A stretch of 63,911 nt of DNA, filler included, from Octopus bimaculoides (Eukaryota): assembly GCF_001194135.2 (NCBI RefSeq). It is 6 parts of 6 records of this genome, joined end to end, with 100 filler letters (N's around TTAATTAATTAA, not from the genome) between each part and the next. Parts side by side here need not be neighbours in the genome. Positions count along the whole stretch, not along the records: positions 1 to 31,662 come from NC_068987.1; positions 31,763 to 39,483 come from NC_069003.1; positions 39,584 to 55,841 come from NC_069009.1; 3 more parts are not named here. The stretch is one strand, 5' to 3'. Made by a program: the position numbers and the translations under genes. Positions within the stretch are counted from its first letter, which is position 1, and each line of letters opens with the position of its first letter. Below are positions 27,100 through 42,059 of the stretch, piece by piece. The notes below the pieces were generated by a model, which was not told the origin of the DNA, ran no database searches, and saw only the letters and a program-made list of their open reading frames with translations.

Positions 27100-29490
27100 A
27101 ATACACAAAAACTCAAAAGCTAAAGTAGCGAAAAAATGGAAAAACGTAATTGAACTACAAAACTACAAAGGATTAATAATGAAAGAAGCAGACAAAGGAA
27201 GTACTGTTGCCCTGATGGGCACAGAATAGTACAAAAACCTAGTATTATCCATGCTAGAAAACGATAACTTCTACGAAAACATTGTAAACTTTAAACGACA
27301 AAAAGCTATAAAATATCTTGCGTCCTTAATACTTCTGCATGAAAAAGGTCTGACAGAAAACGAAATAGTTTATATCACCAACTTTAAATGTAAACCTAGT
27401 CTTTTTTACGGCCTACCTAAAATACACAAGAGCAAAGTAGTTAATGAAGCCTGCAAACAGTTACCAGGCAAATACATAAACATTCAAGCGTCAGAAGACT
27501 TAAAGTTCAGACCCATTACATCCTACCCATCCTGTAATACCTACCACGTAAGCAATTTTCTAGACATTATACCGCTGCCCTTGCTGAAATACATCAAACG
27601 TTTCATAAGAGACGATCTTGACATACTAGAGCATCAGTCAAAAACAACAAATGAAGAGGCATTCTTGGTTTCCTTCGATGGTAGTAACTTTTACACCAAC
27701 ATGACTATGGAATGCAAGCTACAAAATTGTAGTTGGAAAAGTACCCCGAAGTACTTCTGGAACTCATAAATCAGGTCTTTACTATTGAATCTTTTAAAAT
27801 ATAAACTTCAGAATGATTATTTCTTATTTGATGACACCTATTATCGTAAAAAAAACGACGCATAATTGCGATGCGAACAAAGCAGCCCCTTTACTTGCGA
27901 ACCTAATAGTGGGTTATTTTGAATTAACCATATATGAAGTGTCACTGCAAAAATATGGATATTCGTTCCTCCATTATATAAGGGAGAACTGGAAAAGATA
28001 CCTTGATGACTGCATTATCATTTAGAAGGAGGACATTGATAAACAGTTGGAATTCAAATTAATACTAAATAACGTAAAACCTAAAATTCAATTCACAATA
28101 GAATGCAACAAAGAGCAGCACCCATTTTTTTTTTTTGATATCATGATATGAGTCAACAACTGACATCTATCATAAACCAGCGGATTCGAAAGAATATTTC
28201 CTGTTTAGTTCATGCCACCCGAAACACATCTACGGAAATGCCTCCTTTAATTTAGCAAAAAGACTTTGCACAATAGTGTCTGATAGAAATACTCGAGACC
28301 TCCGTCTTCAAGAACTTAGAGCAACAGTAGCTGAAAGACAATATCCTGCCTCGCTTATAGAAGATGGAATTAAGCGTACCAAGAAATTAGGCAATAAAAC
28401 ACTAAGGGCATGTAAATGTAACACCACACTACTGCATATATCAAATCCCAACCCTAGAAACAATGAGGCATGCAGCGCCCTTACTCTTTTACTCTTTTAC
28501 TTGTTTCAGTTATTTGACTGTGGCTATGCTGGAGCAAATCGAGCAAATCGAGCAAATCGACCCCATGACTTATTGTTTGTAAGCCTAGTACTTATTATAT
28601 CGGCCTCTTTTTACTGAACTACTAAAATACGGGGATGTAAACACATCAACATCGGGTGTCAAGTGATGGTGGCGGGACAAACAGACATACACACATACAC
28701 ACACGCACACACACACACACACTCATATATATATACTATCCATATCACGTCCTCACTTTGTTGGGGTTTTTTTTTTTGTTATTGTTTTTTTGAACTATAT
28801 ATATATATATATATACATATATACGATGGGCTTCTTTCAGTTACTCTCTACCAAATCCACTCACAGGCTTTGGTCGGCTTGAGGCTATAGTAGAAGACAG
28901 TTGGGCAAGGTGCCACGCAGTGGGACTGAACCCGGTCCCATGTGGTTGGTAAGCAAGCTAATCTACCTGTGTTCATTAGAGATCAAAAAATGAACAATAT
29001 TCTGAAATCACATAAATCTATCAAATGCAAAAAGCAACACAAATGGCTGAAAATACTTCTAACAAATGCGAAGCTTTACACGACAACCACGAAACCATTG
29101 GTTAGAAAATGTGGACGCCCAAACTGTGGAACATTCCCCAACCTACTGGAAAGCTCGGAATTCCTATTCAAACAAGGAGAGAAGTTCACAATTAAAACCA
29201 ACTTCACTTGTGTTTCCGGGAATCTAAGTTATGTTTTAACTTGCTCAGGTTGTGGACATAACTATACAGAACACAGAGGCGGAGAACCACGCTACATAAG
29301 GAATAATCCGGTTCCCGAAATACAGACAGTTTCCTTTGAGTGAACACATAGAATGATATGCAGGTAATATCAAGTCTAACCTAACAGTTTTCCCCATCTA
29401 CAAGTGCAAAGAAACTATTTCTACACAAGAACGCTTAGATAAAGAAAGTTTGTTTATGGAAAAATACAGAACATGTCTAAATAACTAACT
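27100..29490 (+). mobile_element. Penelope-like element 1 (RT + GIY-YIG), interrupted by a SINE A copy
   Basis: IMKEADKGST, FYGLPKIHKS, FRPI, WKRYLDD, YHKPADS..SCHPKH, CGRPNCGT..CVSGNLSYVLTCSGCG; frameshifted. Confidence 0.9.
28481..28960 (-). mobile_element. SINE family A, near full length, with internal microsatellite, inserted in PLE1
   Basis: Tail (ttactc)n, tail domain gtttcagttatttgactgtggc, core and tRNA head in reverse orientation. Confidence 0.85.
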
Positions 29491-29897
29491 TTGATCTTAG
29501 CATATATTTTAATTCATGAATGCTCACCCATCACTGAACATATTTCTTCTCAGTACCTTAGTTTTTTGTGTTTTTGTGTATATATATCCCCTCACTAAAA
29601 GACGAACAGTTACCTCCTATGACCCCAATAATAACAATCACCAATTACCTCCCTTTCGATTTTTCGACTTGTTGAATCATTCATTCATAAACTTCTCCGC
29701 ATACAACACGGACTAAAATCTTCTTAGGAAAATACGAAAATACACTAATTTCAATGTCATGAATGGTGAAAGCGAAACAAGTTGACAAGTGTGTACATTT
29801 TCCTTCTTTTATTTATATATATATTTTTTGCATTACAACTCACCACGTGGAGATAATCGAAATTCCTCCCCTTATGTTACTATATATGTAACGCACG

Positions 29898-29929
<32 letters not shown>

Positions 29930-30296
29930 CATGTATAATCGGCAGAAAATAACAGAAGTGACACACGGGCAGTTATTGCGCTTAGGGATTTACGATATTT
30001 GTGTGATGCTTGGAACGAAGTTCGCAGATTTTGAGTCAATACTGCCGATTAAAAATGTCATGCATATGATATATAACTATCTACACGAACACACATACGC
30101 GCATATATATTGATAAATACGTGCATGCACATATATATATATATATATATATACATATAGATAGATATAGACACACACATACATACATATATATATGCAT
30201 CCATACATACACTCATATACACGCGTGCATATACAGAGCTCACCATTACATATTTACTGTACTAATTACTAGTATTAATGCTATTAGTATGGACAT

Positions 30297-30480
30297 TCTT
30301 CTTCTTCTTCTTTTTCTTCTTCTTCTTCTTCTTCTTCTTCTTCTTCTTCTTCTTCTTCTTCTTTTTCTTCTTCTTCTTCTTTTTCTTTTTCTTCTTCTTC
30401 TTCTTCTCCACCTGCTTTATCTTCATTTATCTTTTCTTCTTCTTGTGCTACTACAGCTGCTACCACTACCGCAACTACTG

Positions 30481-30539
<59 letters not shown>
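30297..30539. repeat. Compound (CTT)n / (CTA)n microsatellite
   Basis: Direct reading. Confidence 0.95.
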
Positions 30540-30540
<1 letters not shown>

Positions 30541-31241
30541 ACTCTAATACCACTGCTAATAATATTGATAATAATGGTAGAACTACTGGTACTTCTTTCA
30601 CGATGTTGGGAGGATTGTAATTTCCTGTTGTCAGTGAGGAGATTATATCTGTGGATAAGAATATTCTTCTTGACATTCTTGATGCAATAGAACACGGGAT
30701 AAAAGGTTGAACAAAGTTCGAGTTGTCAGCTTGTGCGAAAAGTATCCAATTAAGTTTAATTATGTGAGCTAAAAACAGACATAATTAACAGCGTTAGTGT
30801 ACATGAAGTAACCAATCAGTTCTTAATACAGAGCGGCAAAGCTTCATAATAATATAGCACAACTACATTCCTAAGCTACTTTGCTCAAGGGCAAGTATGA
30901 GATGTTTGCAAAATTTATGAAATGCCATCAGCGATAGCTCAAAACAAGCATATCTTGAAACGTTGCTTTCTTATCCGAACAGAAAATAGGAAATAACTAG
31001 ATAAAGGTCATTAATACAGATAAGGGTTTATTTTTGAAGTTGATGTTGAAATAGGAAAAGTAGTTCGCGCGTGTGTGTGTGTATCTGTAAGAGTGTACCT
31101 ACTTATATACTCTGTACATACTATGTATGTACATATATATGATATATAATGTATAATATATACGTATGTATGCGTATATGTTGGTAGATACTGATATATA
31201 TATATATGTACATGGATTGGATAACCATTTAAGAAGCATAC

Positions 31242-31280
<39 letters not shown>

Positions 31281-31462
31281 TATTTCAAGGTTTTTAACTT
31301 TTAAATTCGTATATTTAAAAGAAATAGAAACTTCAAACTCGATATATCCAAGATCGATTTATTTACTACTCTATGTCAACATTTCTGCAGCACATAACCT
31401 TAAAATACTTAAATCTAAAGAAACAGGTAGGAATGAGATTTTGAACAATAATATAAATAGCA

Positions 31463-31524
<62 letters not shown>

Positions 31525-31551
31525 TATAATAATAATGAGAATGATAACAAT

Positions 31552-31591
<40 letters not shown>

Positions 31592-31762
31592 CCGGGGAAG
31601 TTTAACATGTGAGTACGATAAATCACTGCTCCGAAACTTATCCAAAAACATCGGAAATAAAGNNNNNNNNNNNNNNNNNNNNNNNNNNNNNNNNNNNNNN
31701 NNNNNNTTAATTAATTAANNNNNNNNNNNNNNNNNNNNNNNNNNNNNNNNNNNNNNNNNNNN

Positions 31763-31803
<41 letters not shown>

Positions 31804-31879
31804 CATAAATAATTTTATATAAATATAAATATTATTATACTTATTATTATTGTTACTTACTTATAATCTGCATATTTTT

Positions 31880-33800
31880 TGCAATCTCTTGACGAGACAC
31901 ACTCAGCCCTAAGGCATGTGAAGGATAAGAGATGTTGAAATATAACTGAAAGCTTGGGGAGGAGAGGGGAAGTGGTAGGGGCAGTAGAGAATATATTCAT
32001 GTAATACAACATGCATTTTAACTGACAGGGATTTTCTAAGGATGTGGGCAGCACTTGTCAGCACATACTTTCGGTTTTCTCTGAGACATGGTCCTGGATT
32101 CTTCCAATTTGGGAATTTTCTTAATTGCTTTTTTATCATTTCTGTAGTTACCTTTATATCTTCTTGGACTTCTATATTGCTTAACCTATCTTGGATTTCA
32201 TGCGGCCACTCCACTTCATCATTATTCTCTACAGGTTCGTCCAATATTCCTCTCCAGAATGCTTTCCTTTCTGTCTGGTATCATTGTTACGTGCATCTCT
32301 CCATCTAGTTCCTGAAAGAGCTCTTGATTTGCTTCAAATAATCTGTTTTGCCTGAACTGTTTTTTCTATTGTTATATCTTTACAGTTTTGCCAAGGTTGC
32401 TACTACTCATTGTTTCAATTCTTCCGGCATCATATTATAACCTTTATCGCTTATTCTATATGTCTTTTTCAACATTATTCTTAAGCTTTCGTTCTGCAAG
32501 GTCCCTCTTCTCAATCTGTCACCTTGTTCTAAATGTCTTTTTAACTCTGTTTCTCACAAATTCGTCTGCACTCATATGGTTCTTTACATTCTGTTTGGTC
32601 TTTCTTTTGTATCCAACTCTATCTGCAGCAACTATAGCTGCAGCCCAAATAATTTTGTTAGTTTCAGTTATATTTCTCGTCTGGAACAATCCAAGAACCG
32701 AATCTATTTTTTCGGTTTCAACCTTGAACTTGCGTCGATCAATGTACCTTAGGTTGGAGGTGCTTGATCCTGGTCGTCTCTAATATATCGGCACAGCGTC
32801 CTCACTATGCTTTGTTGGTTATCATTGCATTCCTGTAATATAGCTCTTCCTATTATTTCTGCTTCATTTGTTGAGAATGCACTTTGCTCTCTTTCTTCGC
32901 TGCCGCCTTTCATTTTTCTGTTCTTCCTGAGCACGTTATCTATCTTCTACTTTCCTTTTCATATCTTCTATTTCGATGTCTGTTAACCACCCTTTTGCTC
33001 TTATTGCTCTTGCCTGGTCGGCTAACCGTTGCTCACTTGTTTTGAAGCGTCCTATTTCATTCCATTTTGTTTTCATTCGTTGTCGGAATCCCATTCTACT
33101 GGGTTCAATCTTGATTCAGCATTCAATTACCGTTCGATTTCCCACCTTATCCCACCTTCTCTGCCTCTGGCTTTGTGTACAATCAGTCTCTGAATGACGA
33201 CCGGGCCTGCGATGCACAACTACAGGGCACCTGCTGGGCGAAAGACTTCCACCTTTGGTTCCAGCTGCATTAACACCATTATTTGATACATTTGTATTAA
33301 ACATTTTCACTCAACATTGACGTATGTGCTTTAAGGTATTTTTATTGAGACACCATCTGTAGTAAGATTGTCAACCAAGACTGCAGAAATCTTACTACCC
33401 ATAAGTTGGGCCTGTTCCCTTCGAATTTCTGTGTGTTAGGAACCATGAATCTGATTCTCTCACTAGGAGATAGTTGAGCGTTAGTTTGTCCCGTATCTTC
33501 GTCCAAATATTGCCCCGGAGTTAAGTTCCGATTCGCAGTGCATTCGCCTTCATCCCAGGACACTCAAAGGTTGTCACCACTGTGGCTAAGGAGAAATAGC
33601 TACCCAGTTTTTAAATCAGTGTTCCTTCTCCTAGAAGGCTCCCGATTTTGTGTCTACCCGTTTTCGGATTGGCCATATATGTTCTTCTGCCCTTTGCCGG
33701 GTTTTGTTTTTAATCCTGTAGAGTGTCGAAAATCCACCCTCATCACCAATCAAGCTTAGTGGGGTGGCTGGTTTAGTCACCGACGAATCGACAGTTTCAC
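31880..33800 (-). mobile_element. R4/Dong-type LINE 5' half including 5' UTR
   Basis: MFNTNV..RRWDKVGNRTVIEC*..GFRQRMKTKWNE N-terminus through KKQLRKFPNWKNPGP (pre-RT). Confidence 0.8.
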
Positions 33801-34415
33801 GACGCCCCTTGTTAATCATTATAGATAATTATCAATCTGAGTAATTATTTACTTGTTCACTATTATAATTTCACTATTACAATTATAATCCCTATCTTAT
33901 TATTTGTTCACTTCTATAGTTTCACAATTATTACTATACTTATAATATTACTATAAGGCTTAAGGGTCCTAGTATTGTCTCCCCTGATTTCTTTAACAAA
34001 GGATGGCAGAATTACGACTGTTGGTTTAGCTGCTGCTGATGTTGCAGCGTTAGATAGAGGAGCGGGCTTGTTGTGTCTACTAATACAGGCTACTTGATTG
34101 AATTGCTAGTTGACATTACTGGCAGTCGATTAACGGCAGGTGGGAGGGGATTTTTGAGAGTAGTAGCGATAAGTTGGAACAAGCATAGCTAAGATATCGA
34201 AATGTATACACATCTCACAGTTTTTAGAAGCTATAATATTCTATCTGTATACACCCGATCGTATTTACGATGAAGGAATTTATCTAAGGAAAATCATATC
34301 GTACTTAAGATATAAAAGTCGTTAAACATCTCAAAGTTTTAGCAAACATAGAAAGTACGAGAAAAAGCTTACACATTTTGGAGGGTAGCTGTTAAATATC
34401 CATTGGGTGAATGAC

Positions 34416-34575
<160 letters not shown>

Positions 34576-34599
34576 ATTGTCCTTGGTCCTCAACCCCTC

Positions 34600-34720
34600 T
34601 AGAGAAGGTATCTCAATAAAAACACCGACGGTTGTGTCACCCAACACCCAAATTCTCAGGAGTGAAAATGTTAAATACAAATATATAAAACAATGGATTG
34701 AATGAGGTTGGCGTAAGAAA
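34600..34720 (+). mobile_element. Short R4/Dong-type 5' UTR/ORF-start fragment
   Basis: tctcaataaaaacacc...gagtgaaaatgttaaatacaaat matches the ORF-start junction of the minus-strand element at about 33290-33350. Confidence 0.55.
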
Positions 34721-34999
34721 CTGTATACGAGGGTAGGTGTGGGCTCTCGGAGCCTTGCCTAGCAACCTACCTAGTGATGGAGTCACGATAAAAATATTGG
34801 TGATCGCAACAATCTTAAAGGAGTGATGTTATCTCTAAATGAGTGATGTCACCGTTAAATGAGTGATGTCAAAACGAAAGGATAGTCACAACTGCGCTAA
34901 CGAGACTGGAACTGTTAACAGTGAAGGTGTCGTGCACAGCAGGCAGGGAGTATCAAGCTCCGGTAGTTCTATATTCCTGTTTACATAACCAAACCTCAA

Positions 35000-35200
35000 C
35001 ACACACACACCTACGCACACGCATACACATGCACGCACGCACACACACCGACACACACACCGACACACACACACACACGCCGACACACACACACACGCCG
35101 ACACACACACACACGTCGACACACACACACGTCGACACACACACACACACCGACACACACACACGCCGACACACACACGCACATGCATACACACACATAA
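35000..35200. repeat. (AC)n array punctuated by gccg/gtcg, forming a ~16-20-bp higher-order unit
   Basis: Repeated gccgacacacacacacac units. Confidence 0.85.
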
Positions 35201-35384
35201 ATGCATACATATATATGTACATACGTACGCACATACTTCTAGCGACAATTTTATTGCCGTTTACCGTAAAGAAAACATTTTCAAATTGTCCGANNNNNNN
35301 NNNNNNNNNNNNNNNNNNNNNNNNNNNNNNNNNNNNNNNNNNNNNNNNNNNNNNNNNNNNNNNNNNNNNNNNNNNNNNNNNNNN

Positions 35385-35444
<60 letters not shown>

Positions 35445-35879
35445 TATTCTGTTATGTTTCTATATACCACCATTCGAATAAGAACATCATACGTTATTTT
35501 GAAATCTCACTCTTGATGAGTCCAAATGTCGTCGTCGTGATAGACAGCATCTTGAGCACTTTTGGGTCTGTTGTAATTGTTTACTTTCCAATATTGACAA
35601 AGGCCGATTTCTTCAGATAGAGAAACAGAAAGGCAAAAAGACAGATTGACATTAGAAATAAAAAAGAGAATGAAAGAAAGAGAAAGATGGACTCTGCTGC
35701 CGAGCTGCTACTCCATTTATGAATGGTAAACAAAGTTCAACTCGTTTATATTTGAACCCGGTACCCAGACAACTGAAACAAATGCTAACAGAGAAAATAT
35801 AGTCGGATATATAAGTAGTCATAAAAGGAAAGCTTTGAAAAATCATATTTTAGATCGAACCTACAGAGTTCTCGACACC

Positions 35880-38330
35880 AGCTAATACAAACTGGAGATG
35901 AGAAACCGAAAATCTTAACCTATCCAAAAAGACTCTCTCAATACAAATGAATATTTTTTCAAAAGGCTTAAAATTTACTCTAACCCCACAGCACTGAAAT
36001 ACAAAACGATATTTCACAGTTCTGTAGAATACAACGCCTGACAGAGGAATTGTATGATAGAGAACACAAGGACGAATCAGCTGTAAGAAACAAGAGCAGT
36101 TATAAGCCTACGAAAAGGAAGAATAAAAATTTTAATAAATTTTGTGCTTTTTTTAATCTACCTTCCCTTACAAAGAACTTCCAAATCAAGCCCGATATCA
36201 GTCGAAATAAATGGGATATTAAACATGAACCGAAAAACGATAACGACATTATAATCAAGGAAGCAGATAAGGGAAGTCCTATAGTTATTATTGATATTGA
36301 ACACTACAAAAGAGATATACTATCTATATTACAAGATATGACCCACTATGAAAGGGTAAATAATTACCAAAAATCAAAGACAATGACTAAACTGAACACA
36401 CTCATTCACAGACATCAAAAAGTTTTGACAAACAAAGAATGTGACTACTTCACACATTTTGATTGCAAGACTAGCTACTTCTACGATCTCCCAAAAATCC
36501 ATAAGAATCACGCTATTAAGAATGCATGTAAAGAACCAACTTCAAGTTGCATAAACATATAATATTCCACCGAACTTAAACTTAGATCAATCGTATCCTG
36601 AACTGTGAAACACACAGATTAAGCAACGTTTTATAGATATTACTGAAATCTATATTAAAATACATACCTAGTCTTGTAAGGGACGAACAGGGCCCAAAAT
36701 TCATAAACAATGATACCACTTTTATATCTTTTGATAGAGTAAATCTCTGTAACACAATACCACACCAATATGGACTAGAGGCAATAAATTTCTGGCTTGA
36801 GAAATTCCCTCATGACATTCCAGACAGAATTGAAAAGAGTGTCATCACTGAAGGACTAAAGTTTACGCACGAAAACAACTTTTTTGACTTCGATGGCAAT
36901 ATTTACAAACAAATATCTGAGAATGCGATGGGGACAAAAGTTGCTCCGACTTACTCCAATCTAGACATGGAGGTTCAAATATATGAACAATTAGAATATG
37001 GCTTGAACTTCCTCAAATATCTGCTAAAAATCTGGAAACGTTACTTAGACGACTACCTAATTCTATGGACGCACACATTTGAACAACCTATAGATTTCAA
37101 AAATCTAATCAGCAGCATAAGCAATAATATTAACTTTACCATGGAATGCAGTAAAACTCAACTACCATTCCTGGATAAACTAGCTTTCATCGGTGTGTCT
37201 GATGCAGTGTCCTGCTAGCTTCATACTTCTATGCTGTATCTTCAATGTTACTTATGGTAGACCCTGGTATAAGTCGGCGTTTGTTGTATGACTCTTCCAG
37301 GAGACATTGAGTGCAATTCTAAGCATCCTCATATAACAACCGTCCAACTGCTTCTTCAATGCTTTAGTGATCATCCATGTTTCAGCCCCGTATAGAAGAA
37401 CAGTGTCCACTGTTGCCAGAAACAACCTCACTTTCAATTTCCTTGCTAACTATGAATTCCATACCTTTCTCAATTTGTGGCATGTGATCCAGGCAAGAGC
37501 TTTCCTTGCTACGATGTCTTTTTTTTGTGACTGACTTAAACTATACTGATTCACTACTAACAGATTCTAAACAATACTTATAATATTCCCTTTAATCTAG
37601 TAAGAAGAATCTGCACAATTGTCTCAAGCCCTGCAACTCCAGGAACAATTACTACTTAAAATAAATATCCATCAATATTAATAGACAATGGAACAGAACG
37701 TGCCAAAGTAATAAATTTCGAAGAACTACGAAAAATGAAAAACGCTCCAAATACATCCAGTACCCTACCCTTTATTACAAATCAAGAAGCAAATAGGTTT
37801 ACAAAATTATCTATCAGAACAACCCACTACCAAAAAAAAGACTCGGAAATGAAAGAAGCATTCGATATACACAAAATAATCAAAAGTAAAAGACAATCAA
37901 AGTCCCTCAAAAAATTCTCACAAGTGCTAAATTACTTTCTATAATTCCTACACCAAAAGTTAAAAAGTGTGGCCACCCCAATTGCAGGACTTGCATCAAC
38001 CTTATTGAAGACAAAACATACAAATTCAAATCAGGATAGATTTTTACCGTAAAAAAATCACTTTACATGTTTTCCAAGGAATTTAATATACGATGTCAAA
38101 TGTCAAGGATGTAATGAAGATTACACAGGTCAAACACAGCTTACACCAGTACTGGACAGATTCCACTGAGTGAACACAGACATATGAGCAAAAATAAGTT
38201 CCCCAAATTTCAAGTCATCCCATTCTACCTATGTTCAGCGAATACCACAGATGAAGCACGGATAAACAAAAAAAAATCCTTTCATACAAATGTACAAACC
38301 AAGACTTAACAAACTTTAACAGAGTACATA
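35880..38330 (+). mobile_element. Penelope-like element 2 (RT + GIY-YIG), interrupted by an RTE fragment
   Basis: IIIKEADKGSP, FYDLPKIHKN, MGTKVAPTYSNL, WKRYLDDY, CGHPNCRTC, NLIYDVKCQGCNEDYTGQT. Confidence 0.9.
37190..37530 (-). mobile_element. RTE-clade LINE fragment nested in PLE2
   Basis: KVRLFLATVDTVLLYGAETWMITKALKKQLDGCYMRMLRIALNVSWKSHTTNADLY, a classic RTE post-RT region. Confidence 0.85.
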
Positions 38331-39292
38331 CACAAATAACTATTCACCCACAAAACTCATTCTGCTACTTAACATGAGGAACCTACACAGCTAACAACCT
38401 AAACTTTAGCCACTGGACTACATACAAACGACTCCTGTCCACTCTCCCACCAGACAGATTAATTTGGAGTGCCTTGATTGTAACTGGACATGTTCACTCA
38501 ACCGTGTTGGCCTTCTTTTTAAGCGTAAAATATACTTTCATGTGACTCTAACACACGGACGTATTGAGAAACGTACAAAAGGTTATAAACTTAATCATGG
38601 GTTCATTCTCTACAAACACTTGACAGAAAATATCCAGAGCATTGATTGTTTGGACATGTTCAGTCAACCGTGTCAGGCTTAACTTACGACGCTAAACATC
38701 GTCACTTGATACTAAAACACGGACGTAGCGGGGAACCTACTAAAATTTCTAAGGCTATCTTCTACCAATCAAATCCTATTCAAAAACAAATTTGAGCCAT
38801 GAACTCCCTATAAAAAAGGGCAAACTTCAAACACTAGTCAAAAGCAAGACAGCTATGACATAGGCCACGTCTTTCTATTTGAACTTTTTGAAAGACGGCT
38901 GAAGCTTTAAATATATTAATAAAAAATATTTTTACTATTCTCAGTGCATTTTCATCTTCTATTTTTTCTATGTTTCTACTCGTGAGGAATAAAATAAGTT
39001 TGTTTTCTATATATATAGAATTACTGATTAACAAACCCAAACCCTACCACAAATACACCCAAATCCCATATATAGAATCACAAAGCCCCTTAAATATGTT
39101 TGACAACAAATGCGAGAAAGTTCTCCCAAAAAGTTGACAAGGAATTGTTTCTTTAAATTTCCACACCCAAGTTAACAAAGAACTTGCTAGATCTATGAAC
39201 TACAATTTATATTATTAAAAATTTCAAAAATGATAAATTAAACTGATTACAGCTACCAGTGAAATCATTCCTTTTCTTTTTCAAATATATGT

Positions 39293-39349
<57 letters not shown>

Positions 39350-39701
39350 TGAGTGGACAAACGAAAGAAAAAGGCACTCGAGGCAATTAGTAGGAGTACC
39401 ATTAACTATTATTTAAAAACTGTTTGATTCGGGACAATACGACTTAAAATTTCGCGAGTTTCTAACAGAAACAAACCTGTCTCNNNNNNNNNNNNNNNNN
39501 NNNNNNNNNNNNNNNNNNNNNNNNNNNTTAATTAATTAANNNNNNNNNNNNNNNNNNNNNNNNNNNNNNNNNNNNNNNNNNNNTATATATATGCATATAT
39601 TTGTATATATGTGTGTGTATATAGATATATATACACACACATATATGTATATCTATGTATATACATATATATACATACATATACACACACACGTATATAT
39701 G

Positions 39702-39750
<49 letters not shown>

Positions 39751-39790
39751 ATATATACATCTAGGTACATATTCACACGTACACACACAA

Positions 39791-39822
<32 letters not shown>

Positions 39823-39897
39823 TATGCGTGTGTGTATGTTTTTGTGTTTCAGCGTGTGTGTATATGTTGGCGTACGTATTTCAAGTATACACGCACA

Positions 39898-39931
<34 letters not shown>

Positions 39932-39937
39932 TCTATG

Positions 39938-39983
<46 letters not shown>

Positions 39984-40183
39984 CACACACGCATGCGAGT
40001 AATACATACATACATACATACATACATGTATGCATATACTCTCAGTAAGTGGTTACACTGGTTGACTGGTCTGTGTTTATGAAATAATTGTATGTCATGG
40101 TTGGATTGGCAATGGTGGTGGTGATAGTGGCGCTGGTTGTGGTGGTAGTGGTGATAATGGTGGTGGTTTTCATGGTTTTAGGC

Positions 40184-40229
<46 letters not shown>

Positions 40230-40379
40230 GTGTGTGTATACACACACAAACATGCGCGCGCACGCACGTACACACGCACACACACACACACACACTCACT
40301 GACTCCGTGTAATTAAATATGTAATAATTTTATTAATTACTTTGCTAATTATAAATATAAAACTGCTGTGGAGCAAATA

Positions 40380-41600
40380 ACCGAGTGAATGATTTTATTG
40401 AGAGTGACTAAGTCATGTACCATGAGTTCAATCTGTGGCTCTACCCAACTTCACACCTCCATCCTGGGCCGATGGCGAGATTGTGTTGGTAAGCCCGACA
40501 ACATAGCACTGTACATGTGCTATATTAGTTGAATTAAGATGGCTCTTTCCAAGGTAGACTACGCCATGTCGATAGGCTCTGTCATGTCTGTATTGTCAGA
40601 TGTTATTGCTATGTAATATTTCCGGTAATCTGGTATATAAAAGAGTAGACGTTCTGATATGACGATGTTTATTGGTGCCTGAAGATTATGTGAAAGACAA
40701 GCAGACCTTCATGTGGCTATGTAAGCCAATCCTTGATACTGTAGGGTTTTCTTCCTGATTTTAAAATCTGAGTCACTTCGCGCAATCTGATTTCACTCTT
40801 TAGACTTGGAGGTCTGACCACAGTGGTACAACTCACTTTTGCTAGCTCTTGAGAGCTTCCCCCTTGAAAGGCTGTAAAAAGCGAAAGAGCTTAAACAAAA
40901 GTTCGAAAGCTTCCTTGCAAAAGGTTCTCATTCTGTTTCTTTAACAGACATATTTTTTAGGTATGATCAATAATTTTTAATTGAAGAATATCTGAGCCAT
41001 CTTCATGTCTCACAGAAGGGATCAGAAAGACGAATGATGACTTATTGAAGATGTCATTGTTTCATTGAGCCATTGATAATTTCGGATAGCCTGGACCAAT
41101 TGCTTCCAAACATTTTAATATCTCGGCCAGATCCAAAACCTGGATAGAGAACTACGGTAAGGATATGCATGTCTGTGGAGTGCTCAGCCACTTACAAATC
41201 AATTTCACGAGCTGACTGTTCCGTTGATCAGATGAACTGGAACTGTCACCGAAGTAAGCAACTGAATGCCAGATTCTATCTATCTTAATGGAACTCAAGA
41301 CGAACTGTTTTAGCTGACACAATGTTCGTTTTGGTGTTGGTTTAGCTCTGTTGTCATTTCCACTGCCGTACTTCGATGGATCTTAGACACAATTAGTTTC
41401 AATATTCTGCAGCTCCTCTCTCTTAGCTTTGAATTCAGTCTAAAATTCTACTGGCCAAAGATGGTTTTACTCTTGATTTTCGAATGCCAGCATGATTTTC
41501 CCTGGAGCAACGCTGGAAACATAAAAGAATTCAGCAGTTTTTGTGATTGAAATCCCATCCATCTGGGCTCCAATAATTAGTCCTACTTAGTAATCAGGTA
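40380..41600 (+). mobile_element. Highly degenerate Gypsy-like pol fragment (RNase H to integrase), with SINE C piece at 41155-41245
   Basis: EEYLSHLHVSQKGSERRM resembles the integrase Zn-finger LxxLHxxHxG; PDSIYLNGTQD resembles ADxFxxxGxxY. Weak, by eye only. Confidence 0.4.
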
Positions 41601-42059
41601 CATCATGCATTTTATCTCATTGAAATATGAATATCTATCATGAAAGAGCAACAAAAGACAAACAGAGCTATACGTAATGCATACGAACACATATTCAGAC
41701 CAGAACAGTTTTGAATTAGTCACTCCCCTTTGTTATCTCCCCTTTTTCTTAGCTCTCCTGTGTGAACTTTCTGTCCGGCAGTCGCCATGATAGATCGCTG
41801 ACCACAACATTCAAATTTTTTTTCTCCGTGTTTTTCTCCTTGTTTTTCTCCTTATTTCTTTCTGTTGAAAAGCGTAGCTCGAAACGTTAAAGACTTTCTC
41901 TATTCCCGAGCGTTAANNNNNNNNNNNNNNNNNNNNNNNNNNNNNNNNNNNNNNNNNNNNNNNNNNNNNNNNNNNNNNNNNNNNNNNNNNNNNNNNNNNN
42001 NNNNNNNNNNNNNNNNNNNNNNNNNNNNNNNNNNNNNNNNNNNNNNNNNNNCCCATATA

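Noticed and set aside
30121-30690. Poly-Leu / poly-Glu ORFs
   Set aside because: Translations of (CTT)n and (CTA)n microsatellites.
30638-30707. Possible small exon (EEIISVDKNILLDILDAIEHGIK) after a good acceptor
   Set aside because: Weak donor (gttgaa), no recognisable homology and no partner exons.
33340-33800. Search for an HDV-like or hammerhead ribozyme in the LINE 5' UTR
   Set aside because: Hairpins are present, but I could not build P1/P1.1/P3 or a hammerhead core by eye.
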